From a virus, in the IMG/VR virus record IMGVR_UViG_3300045988_134388, positions 1 through 31,230 of that record: a stretch of DNA of 31,230 bases, one strand, 5' to 3'. A program made the position numbers and the translations under genes. Under the pieces are notes generated by a model that saw only the letters and a program-made list of their open reading frames with translations, did no database searches and was not told the origin of the DNA. Positions 23,797-30,605 of this stretch are shown here, one piece after another; position 1 is the first letter of the stretch, and each line of letters opens with the position of its first letter.

Positions 23797-23952
23797 ATGG
23801 AACAAAAGAAAAAACTTATCATAAATATTATAGTTATTCCATTTATTATTGGTTTAGCTGTAAACTTTGTTTATGATATAGTAAAAAACCACTCTTACTG
23901 GCATAAGGGTGGTTTTCAAGTTGAATTCAACATAAAAGTTAAATTTGACTAA
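23797..23952 (+). CDS. 51-aa membrane peptide MEQKKKLIINIIVIPFIIGLAVNFVYDIVKNHSYWHKGGFQVEFNIKVKFD (type I toxin candidate)
   Basis: Hand-translated. SD AGGAAGGAGG lies 10 nt upstream and is half-buried in the hairpin TTCCTAC-AGTAA-GTAGGAA (23763-81). The peptide has a KKK N-terminus, one TM helix and a polar tail. The mRNA ends are complementary. Confidence 0.6.
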   Translation: MEQKKKLIINIIVIPFIIGLAVNFVYDIVKNHSYWHKGGFQVEFNIKVKFD

Positions 23953-24027
23953 TATTATATTGTATATATAGAAACCACACTCTACACCACATAGATTGCA
24001 ATTTCTTTTTTTAAATCTAGAATTTAT
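23883..24027 (-). ncRNA. Predicted antisense RNA (type I antitoxin candidate)
   Basis: A minus-strand TAGATA, 17-nt spacer, TATAAT lies at the complement of 24063-24035. A minus-strand terminator AAAACCAC-16 nt-GTGGTTTT plus extra Ts lies at the complement of 23916-23883. The RNA would overlap the peptide ORF 3' half and its 3' UTR. Confidence 0.35.
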
Positions 24028-24102
24028 TAATTATATTATAACCTACATGAACAAAAATATCTAGTTACTTAAAAAATATTTAAAATTTTTAACAAAAAAG
24101 TA

Positions 24103-24131
24103 TTGCATATGTGTCATAAATGTGGTAATAT
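24103..24131 (+). promoter_or_regulatory. Strong sigma-A-type promoter with extended -10
   Basis: TTGCAT (24103-08), a 17-nt spacer, TGg TAATAT (24123-31). An A/T-rich UP-like tract lies upstream. The spacer contains copy 1 of the 16-nt box. Confidence 0.7.
24110..24125 (+). promoter_or_regulatory. 16-nt box copy 1 (TGTGTCATAAATGTGG)
   Basis: Variant of TGTCTCATAAAGGTGT located in the spacer of the 24103 promoter. Confidence 0.5.
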
Positions 24132-24137
24132 TATGAC

Positions 24138-24990
24138 AAGGAACAAAGAGAACAAATGAAAGTTGCAGGAAACAGCAAGAGAAGTCCAGAGATGGAAAAT
24201 CACAGCAGATAACAAGCTAACCATAGAAAGAGTAAGAGTAGCTCCAACAGTTCCAATAAATCAAACCTAATATGGATTTACTGAATAAGCAAGAATACAA
24301 GGATAATCAGAGCTTATAAAAATAGTTAAGAGCAACAGCACTAAGAACTCAATAAATAATGTGTAGCAAATGAATGAAATTGAAGGCCAGCTCCTAAGAA
24401 AGAGTGATGGCTGAGGGAGACATAGGAGGCACATTAAGAGGATGATTCAAAGAATCACAAGGAGAAAGCTAATAAGACTTTTAAGATACTATAGAATAAA
24501 AGCTACTGGTGAGTCTAGTACACAGAGCAAATAGTAACCATTCTAAGATAATTTCAATTAATAATATAGATAATTTTTCAAGTACATACTTTAATAAGAA
24601 TAGGATAAGAAATAAACTGGCCAGATTTCCTAATATAAAAAATAAAAATATTTTATACTTTTATGTTAATAGAGTAAAAATAATAGTAATATGTAGATGT
24701 AAGCAACTATAACTAAAATGTCTCATAAAGGTGTCATGTGAAACAGTATCACAACATCTTATAAGGAAATAAAAAAATATGAACAAAACTGCATAGAGGT
24801 ATGCACTGTTCATATAGTAAAGTTAAGAGCAAATAGCTCTGAAAAACTTAATATTTGTCTTTATTTATCATTATATGATTAATTTTGATTTTATACCCTG
24901 CTGGAGCTGGAAAGCTCCATTCCCTTTAAGGAACAGAGGACCCAAAGATGATAAGTAGAGATAAATATAAAAAATAAATGGGGGAAATTA
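24138..24990 (+). ncRNA. ORF-free transcript: candidate long ncRNA, long leader, or transcription-activated origin region
   Basis: It lies downstream of the strong promoter. All three + frames are broken by mixed TAA/TAG/TGA, and no RBS-bearing ORF occurs before ATG 24994. Composition resembles a sense strand (purine-rich) up to ~24540, then becomes extremely AT-rich. Confidence 0.35.
24719..24734 (+). promoter_or_regulatory. 16-nt box copy 2 (TGTCTCATAAAGGTGT)
   Basis: Exact consensus, followed by CATGTGAAACAGTAT. This resembles the sequence downstream of copy 4. Confidence 0.5.
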
Positions 24991-24993
24991 CAC

Positions 24994-25491
24994 ATGAAAC
25001 TTTTAAAAATAACAACACAAGGACTTATAGATATAACAAATACAGAGGTTATGAGCTACAACAGAGCTGCAATATTAAAAGAAGGTTGGAGATTAAAGAG
25101 AGCAGGAATTAAAGATGGATTAGCTCAAGCATGGAAAGCAGCAAGAACTCAAATGAATAACCTAAAAGAATTAATAGCTGAAACAGAGCAAGAGAGAGCA
25201 GATTATATAGAAGATTATTCAATGGCATATGAAGTTGCTGGAGATTTAATCTCAGATGGAATAGAGCCAGAGGAAGGTCCAATGGCAGATGCTCTTCATG
25301 ACTATAAAGAAATGGTACAAGTTATGGAAGAAATGGGATTCTTAAATCCACAGTCAGAGCTTGAGGAACTATTCCAACAATTAGTGAAAGAATATCTGGA
25401 TGAAAATAAAGAAGAAACTGTAGAGCAGCCAAAGAGCTTTGCAGAGATACAAAAGGAAAGATTAAAAAAATTACTTGGAGAGGTGGCATAG
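24994..25491 (+). CDS. Hypothetical acidic early protein
   Basis: 165-aa ORF with SD GGGGGA. No motif recognised. Confidence 0.8.
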   Translation: MKLLKITTQGLIDITNTEVMSYNRAAILKEGWRLKRAGIKDGLAQAWKAARTQMNNLKELIAETEQERADYIEDYSMAYEVAGDLISDGIEPEEGPMADALHDYKEMVQVMEEMGFLNPQSELEELFQQLVKEYLDENKEETVEQPKSFAEIQKERLKKLLGEVA

Positions 25492-25494
25492 GAT

Positions 25495-25680
25495 ATGGCA
25501 GCAAGAAAAGACTTAACTGATAGAAATGGAAAATCACAAGATATGGTTAAAAGGAGCTTTAGATTAACAGATGCAGAGAATGCAATGCTAAATCACTTAA
25601 CAGCTCAAACTGGTTTAACACTTAGAGACTTAATGGCTCAATTAGTAGAAGAAAAATACAATAAGTTAAATAAGAACTAA
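25495..25680 (+). CDS. Ribbon-helix-helix (CopG/Arc-like) DNA-binding protein
   Basis: KRSFRLTDAENAMLNHLTAQTGLTLRDLMAQLV fits the RHH strand-helix-helix pattern. 61 aa. Confidence 0.7.
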   Translation: MAARKDLTDRNGKSQDMVKRSFRLTDAENAMLNHLTAQTGLTLRDLMAQLVEEKYNKLNKN

Positions 25681-25698
25681 AAAAGGATGGTAGATAAC

Positions 25699-25854
25699 AT
25701 GGTTAATAAATTACAAGCTTTAGAAACAGTAATAGGAATGACAATAGATGCAGCAGCAGATGTTGATGATTTACAAATAATAATGGAGCTTTTATACAGC
25801 AAAGCAGAAGCTCTGGATGCAAAGATAATAGAAGTTGAAGAAAAAAGTTTATAA
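25699..25854 (+). CDS. 51-aa acidic helical hypothetical protein
   Basis: Hand-translated MVNKLQALETVIGMTIDAAADVDDLQIIMELLYSKAEALDAKIIEVEEKSL. SD AAGGATGGTA is the same context as neighbouring genes. Confidence 0.6.
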   Translation: MVNKLQALETVIGMTIDAAADVDDLQIIMELLYSKAEALDAKIIEVEEKSL

Positions 25855-25956
25855 AAAATTTTAAAAATGAAATGTAAAAAGTAACACACATATAGTAATA
25901 CATGAACAAAGGGAAATAAATCAAACTAAAATAATCACAAAGGATGGTAAATTAAT

Positions 25957-28134
25957 ATGAATAAAAGATTAGAAAAATTATACAAGGAATTAAATGAATT
26001 AGAAGCTACTAGAAAAGGAGCAATGGAAAACATAAATGCTTACACAGATGAAGAATTAGATTTAATGTTAGAAGCAATAAATGCAAAAGAAGCAGAAATA
26101 GATGCTGAATTAGAAAATCCAACAGAAGATGCTCAAGAAGAGCTAGAGACAGTAAAAGTTACAATGGATAACTTAGAGGAAGTAACAGCATTAATATTTG
26201 GAGCAGAAGAGTTCCAAGCTATGAAAGAAAGAGCTGCAAGAAGAACTGAAGCTGCATTAGAAGTATTTAAAAATGAAATAGAAGAAATAATGCATGAAAT
26301 TGATGAAAATAATGATATAATGTCTATAGAGGAGGCTGAACAAATGACACATAAAGTATTATTAGATAGTGTTGAGTTCACTCAAAAGCCTACAGACAAA
26401 GAAACTGGTGGAATACAAAACAGACTTCCAGAGAGTGTTGCAGAAGTAACAATAGAAGAGCTTGCAGCAGCATTGACATCTGGGAGAACATTTAAGCCTA
26501 ACTATATGACTGGAAGAGGTCAATCAAGCTTTGTGTCATCATCTTTAATAGCAATAGATATAGATAACAAAGGAAAAGAGCTTGATGAATATGGCTACAT
26601 CTCTATAGAAGATTTTAAATCAAGAGTAGAAGATTCAGAATTTAAGCCAGCTATAATTTATACTACTTTTAGCCATACAGATGTATGTCATAAGTATAGA
26701 GCTATATTCCAACTTAAAAGATTAGTAACTAAAATAGAAGAGCTTAAAGCTGTAGGAGCTGCAATAAAGAGTGAATATCCTTTTGCAGATGCTAAGGTTT
26801 CAGTTGTACATCCAATCTATGGTGGAAATAATTTAATAGAATTAAATCCAGATGCTGTTGTAGATATGGATAATAACATAATATTTAGCTTAACAATGCA
26901 AGATGCTAAAGTTGAAGATACAGTTATAACTGAAATAACAGAAGCTGCAAGAACAACAAAAGAAACAACAAAATTAACTAAAGACAGTATAATAACAGAA
27001 ACATTAATGAATTTATATGGCAATAGAACTTTTGAATCATATGATGAATTAAAAAAATACTTATTAGGAATCAATTTAGCAGATTTATTAAGAGTTAAGA
27101 ATCCAAGCAAGTTTAAATGTATATTCCATAATGATTCAAGACCATCTGCTGGAATATTTGAAGCAAATGGAGAGTTCATATATAACTGTTTCAGTGGATG
27201 TGAACATGGAAAGAAAGATATATTTAATATAGTTGCAAAATTACAAGAGTTTGAAGGCTCTGCATCTGAGCAATATTTAAAAGCATCAAAATTCCTAATG
27301 GATAAACTTAACTTAAAAGTTAGAAATGAAGAATGGATGCAAGCACAATTCACAACTATAAGAGAAAACAGATTAATATTAATCCAAAATAGAATAAATA
27401 AAAGCAACTATCCAGCATTATCTCCAAGAATGAGACACATAACAAACTTATTAAGAGCAATGCTAGACCATGCAGAAGCTGCTGTAATGAGTTACCCAAC
27501 TAAAGATATAACTGGACAAGCTTTATTCTTTGTATCTTATAATCAATTATCAGAGCTTTTAAATGGTAAAGATGAAAGAACAATAAGAAAACAAATAACA
27601 GAATTAACTATGTTAGGACTTATAAGAAAAATATCAGATGAAGAAGTTCAACAAGTAGCTCCAAAGAGATTTAATGAATCTTTAAAATATAAAATACAAA
27701 ATAATCTAGCTCACACAGTTCAATATTATTCAATACCTTTATGGAATGCTGATACATTATCAAAAGCAAATGAAATAAAAGCTCAAGGTAATGCTGCTGG
27801 AATAACATCAAAAGGAATAGGAATGAGAGCTGCATCTGCTATAAATAAAACTGTATCAACTAAAGTAGAGCATAAAGAATCTGTTCAAACAAATGCAGAT
27901 ATAGATAAAATGATAAAATGGACTAAGAGAACTATAACAAGAAATGGAGCTGTTTTAAAAGATGATTTTGTTAAATATGCAAAGAAAAACAGTATTGGAG
28001 CAACATATGCTGCATCTATCCTTCCAGTAGTTATAGCTCAATTAGAACTAAAAAAAGCCATAATAACAAATGAACTAATAAAAAAATACAGCCTTTCTAA
28101 GAACTCATTAAGAAAGACTGCATTCACAAAATAA
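25957..28134 (+). CDS. Replication initiator: primase-like fusion (acidic coiled-coil N-terminus, AEP/prim-pol-like core, CHC2-type zinc finger, C-terminal DNA-binding-like region)
   Basis: 725 aa. LIAIDIDN (nt ~26549) and TFSHTD resemble AEP motifs I and II. CIFHNDSRPSAG...YNCFSGCEHGKKDIFN (nt ~27118-27215) is a primase zinc-finger pattern. Confidence 0.75.
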   Translation: MNKRLEKLYKELNELEATRKGAMENINAYTDEELDLMLEAINAKEAEIDAELENPTEDAQEELETVKVTMDNLEEVTALIFGAEEFQAMKERAARRTEAALEVFKNEIEEIMHEIDENNDIMSIEEAEQMTHKVLLDSVEFTQKPTDKETGGIQNRLPESVAEVTIEELAAALTSGRTFKPNYMTGRGQSSFVSSSLIAIDIDNKGKELDEYGYISIEDFKSRVEDSEFKPAIIYTTFSHTDVCHKYRAIFQLKRLVTKIEELKAVGAAIKSEYPFADAKVSVVHPIYGGNNLIELNPDAVVDMDNNIIFSLTMQDAKVEDTVITEITEAARTTKETTKLTKDSIITETLMNLYGNRTFESYDELKKYLLGINLADLLRVKNPSKFKCIFHNDSRPSAGIFEANGEFIYNCFSGCEHGKKDIFNIVAKLQEFEGSASEQYLKASKFLMDKLNLKVRNEEWMQAQFTTIRENRLILIQNRINKSNYPALSPRMRHITNLLRAMLDHAEAAVMSYPTKDITGQALFFVSYNQLSELLNGKDERTIRKQITELTMLGLIRKISDEEVQQVAPKRFNESLKYKIQNNLAHTVQYYSIPLWNADTLSKANEIKAQGNAAGITSKGIGMRAASAINKTVSTKVEHKESVQTNADIDKMIKWTKRTITRNGAVLKDDFVKYAKKNSIGATYAASILPVVIAQLELKKAIITNELIKKYSLSKNSLRKTAFTK

Positions 28135-28178
28135 CAATTCATTTGTTTAAAAAATATAAAAGTCAATAATTTATTTTC

Positions 28179-28207
28179 AGAGGAGCTGCCAACTCCTCTT
28201 TTTTTTA
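28179..28207 (+). terminator. Rho-independent terminator
   Basis: AGAGGAG-CTGCCAA-CTCCTCT followed by T8. Confidence 0.85.
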
Positions 28208-28375
28208 TTCAATAATTCATTTATGTTATAAGTATACCACAATATTTTATATATATTCCATTAATTTTTTTTATTTATGTGTAATTAATTACCTTTATTT
28301 AGTAATACATCCATGAAGGCCCATATAGTAATAACTAGAGGGAATAAAAATTTTTTTACTTTTCTATGTTAAATA

Positions 28376-28391
28376 TGTCTCATAAAGATGT
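28376..28391 (+). promoter_or_regulatory. 16-nt box copy 3 (TGTCTCATAAAGATGT)
   Basis: It ends 50 nt before ATG 28441. It sits between TTAAAT and TAATAA, the same architecture as the 24103 promoter. Confidence 0.5.
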
Positions 28392-28440
28392 AATAAGTAG
28401 TTAAGGAAACAAAATATAAAAATAAAGGTGGTAAATATAC

Positions 28441-29133
28441 ATGATAAAAAAAGTAGACAAAACAAACAAATATTATAAAATGGCTCAGTCAATAGATTCA
28501 TTCTCTGATTTTATGCCAACTGGAGATGTAAGTAAAGACTTATTAGACCCAGTAAGAAAAGGCACACATACTTTTGATGAAATAGCAACAGAGGTTGCTG
28601 AATATATCTGGCTATCAATGAATTATGATACAAACCCACAATGGATAAGAGAAAATGGATTAGCTGGAAAGAAAAAATATTATCCAGAAGGAAATTGGAT
28701 AAATGATAGACTTCATATAGATGTAGAAGGAGAAGATGCTCAACTACAGCATTATATAAAAGTAAGGCTAATGAATTTTGAATGTATGCTTTATGAAGAT
28801 TATCTAATGAATACATTAAATGAGCTGCAATTATTTCAAGAAGTAAAGAATGCTGACTCAAGGATGGATAAAATCTTTAAGATAGATTTAATAGCAAAAG
28901 ATATAGAAGGAGAAGATTTTAATATATCAGTTTATAAATCTACAGATGAAACAGCTTTATATAAATTAAATAATAGCCAAGCATCAAGGAGATATAATAA
29001 TAGATTATCATATAATGTTAATAAATCTGGAGACCCAAGAGACCCAGAAAATGTATATAAATGGTTTTATGAAATAGTGGAGCAAGGAAAACACATAATA
29101 TATAGACAAAACAATTCATGGAAAGTTTCTTAA
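28441..29133 (+). CDS. Hypothetical protein
   Basis: 230-aa ORF with SD AAAGGTGG. No motif recognised. Confidence 0.8.
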   Translation: MIKKVDKTNKYYKMAQSIDSFSDFMPTGDVSKDLLDPVRKGTHTFDEIATEVAEYIWLSMNYDTNPQWIRENGLAGKKKYYPEGNWINDRLHIDVEGEDAQLQHYIKVRLMNFECMLYEDYLMNTLNELQLFQEVKNADSRMDKIFKIDLIAKDIEGEDFNISVYKSTDETALYKLNNSQASRRYNNRLSYNVNKSGDPRDPENVYKWFYEIVEQGKHIIYRQNNSWKVS

Positions 29134-29301
29134 AAAATAATTCAAATCTAATGTAAATAGATTCCCAAACATAGTAATAACTAAATAAGAAGAGCATGAC
29201 ATACCTTTGTATAACACTCATATAGTATATATACACAAAGTTTTACACTACTGTAACCACAGTATTTTGAGCATACTTTGTTGGCTAGTAAATACTATAA
29301 G

Positions 29302-29317
29302 TGTCTCATAAAGGTGT
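29302..29317 (+). promoter_or_regulatory. 16-nt box copy 4 (TGTCTCATAAAGGTGT)
   Basis: Exact consensus, ending 48 nt before ATG 29365. It is followed by TGaTAAACT, a possible extended -10. Confidence 0.5.
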
Positions 29318-29364
29318 TTCATGATAAACTATAAAAATTATAAAAAAAAGGATGGTATACACAT

Positions 29365-30288
29365 ATGAAAAAACAAAGATTAGAACAATTAACAAATGAA
29401 ATGATAGAAATATTAATAATAGATTTACAAGAGGAAAATGCAACAGAAGAATCTCAAACAATAAAGTTTAAGCATTATAATCACCATATGCTAAATGGCT
29501 TAATAAAAAATGCAAGAGCTAAATATTCTCTAGAATGGTCAGCAGATATAATAAGAGATGAAGTTTATGCAACATTGTATGAATCAATGGAAATAATAGC
29601 TGCTAATATGGATATAGAAGAATTAACACTAGATAATTCAGAATTCATGGGACAATCTTATAACTTAACTATGCTAAAACTTAAAGAAAAACTTATTCCA
29701 AGAAGTAAGGTTGACAGAAATGGAGCAATAATAGGAACTACAGAATTAATTGTCTCACCTAAAGCAGAAGTTGATGCAGATGGAAATTCTGTTAATTTAT
29801 CATTAGAGGACTTACTGGCTGGACAAATAGTTTATAATACAGATATGGAAGAGGAGAGAGTTAATCACTTCTTAAGATGGTTTGATGCTAATAAATCTAA
29901 AATATTAACTAAAAAGCAAATAGACTTTATAGATGGTGGACATATAGCAGAAGATAAAACAAATGCTTATAAAATGAGAAAGAGAATATCTGAAAGAGTA
30001 TCAAGAGCTTACAGTGAACAATATGGAGATGTATCTCCAAGAATAGCAGTATTAAAGGACCAAGAAAGAATACTGGAAGAAATACTAGATGCTAAAAGTT
30101 TCAGAGCTGCTTATGATAAATATAAAGATGAAGATTTTATAATAGATGCAGTTGCTGAATATGTTGCTCTTGATTATCTAAGAGCTTTTGATAAAGGAAA
30201 TGATAATCCAGAAACAATAAGAGCAATGAGAATTGCTTTATATAAAAGATTAGGTGAAGTAATAAACATGATAGAGGCTGTTAAATAG
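29365..30288 (+). CDS. Hypothetical protein in the late-regulator position (weak sigma region-4-like segment; speculative)
   Basis: 307-aa ORF, the last large gene before the packaging genes. LTKKQIDFIDGG...NAYKMRKRISERV loosely resembles a sigma region 4 / HTH. Confidence 0.75.
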   Translation: MKKQRLEQLTNEMIEILIIDLQEENATEESQTIKFKHYNHHMLNGLIKNARAKYSLEWSADIIRDEVYATLYESMEIIAANMDIEELTLDNSEFMGQSYNLTMLKLKEKLIPRSKVDRNGAIIGTTELIVSPKAEVDADGNSVNLSLEDLLAGQIVYNTDMEEERVNHFLRWFDANKSKILTKKQIDFIDGGHIAEDKTNAYKMRKRISERVSRAYSEQYGDVSPRIAVLKDQERILEEILDAKSFRAAYDKYKDEDFIIDAVAEYVALDYLRAFDKGNDNPETIRAMRIALYKRLGEVINMIEAVK

Positions 30289-30301
30289 TCTCTATTTTTT
30301 T
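30271..30301 (+). terminator. Rho-independent terminator overlapping the stop codon
   Basis: ATAGAG-13 nt-CTCTAT followed by T6. Confidence 0.6.
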
Positions 30302-30457
30302 ATGTCTAAAAAAACTGAGGCTCTAAATCAAACACAGAGAGCTTTTAAAGATATAGTTAATGTATTTATACCTTGCAAATCAAATGAGAACATTCTGGAG
30401 CTTGCTATTTTTTAGATAAATTTCCCAGTAGGTAAAAAAATGGCATACAGTGTTGCC

Positions 30458-30493
30458 TAGTAAAGAGTATAAGAGAATTACTTCTCTTTACTA
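30458..30493. repeat. Perfect 10-bp inverted repeat TAGTAAAGAG / CTCTTTACTA
   Basis: Arms at 30458-67 and 30484-93 with a 16-nt loop. Confidence 0.65.
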
Positions 30494-30525
30494 AGTACAT
30501 TATATAAAACACTCCTTTTTTTTTA

Positions 30526-30605
30526 CAGCTATAGCAGCAGAAATATTTACCTCCTTTCAAAAAATCCTCCTCCTATAAGTAATTCTGCTATAGCTGCTTT
30601 TTTTA
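30526..30605 (+). ncRNA. Stem-loop RNA with anti-Shine-Dalgarno-like loop plus U-tract (sRNA or unusual terminator)
   Basis: A 12-bp perfect stem, CAGCTATAGCAG (30526-37) / CTGCTATAGCTG (30585-96), closes a 47-nt loop. The loop contains ACCTCCTTTC (30549-58) and CCTCCTCCT (30566-74). CTTTTTTTA follows the stem. Confidence 0.35.

Noticed and set aside
24442-24534. 30-aa arginine-rich peptide MIQRITRRKLIRLLRYYRIKATGESSTQSK (reminiscent of an N-like arginine-rich motif).
   Set aside because: AAGAGG abuts the ATG with no spacing, and GGAGG lies 12 nt away. This is weak evidence for translation, so it is kept only as a note.
24133-24540. Stop-codon reassignment or a single frameshift as an explanation for the missing gene after the strong promoter.
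   Set aside because: One frame is interrupted by TGA, TAA and TAG in turn, and the other frames are equally broken. The structural genes clearly use the standard code.
24509-24712. 67-aa + strand ORF (GTG start) in the AT-rich part of the ORF-free transcript.
   Set aside because: It has no SD. The Asn/Ile/Lys low-complexity translation is typical of AT-rich non-coding DNA.
24133-24720. A type III TA-style or CRISPR-like tandem repeat array downstream of the promoter.
   Set aside because: I could find no regular tandem units of 25-40 nt. Only the short ACAAGGA motif recurs, at about 160-nt spacing, without flanking similarity.
4270-27407. Track ORFs lying antisense or out of frame inside well-supported genes: 4270..4458-, 5849..6046-, 7447..7686-, 8974..9180-, 10886..11128+, 11105..11287-, 11357..11599-, 12613..12891-, 13126..13323-, 14334..14552-, 15249..15632-, 16461..16658-, 17451..17642-, 19226..19528+, 21080..21406-, 23497..23733-, 25322..25537-, 25677..25889-, 25703..25924-, 26133..26381-, 26817..27407-.
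   Set aside because: Each is fully overlapped by a gene with an SD, synteny and recognisable motifs. Their translations are low-complexity (Ser/Phe/Ile/Leu-rich), as expected for the antisense of purine-rich AT-rich coding DNA. None has an SD. Even the 196-aa 26817..27407 ORF looks this way.
28511-29236. Minus-strand ORFs 28511..28861 and 29018..29236.
   Set aside because: They are antisense to, or overlap, the 28441..29133 gene and its downstream leader. They have no SD and low-complexity translations.
30400-30580. A minus-strand small ORF (TTG or ATG start) preceded by AGGAGGAGGA / AAAGGAGG, i.e. the complement of the CCUCC tracts.
   Set aside because: The predicted product is junk-like (KGGKYFCCYSCKKKGVFYIMY...). 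The ORF runs through the hairpin and through a weak minus-strand terminator-like element. The U-tract after the 12-bp stem exists only on the + strand.
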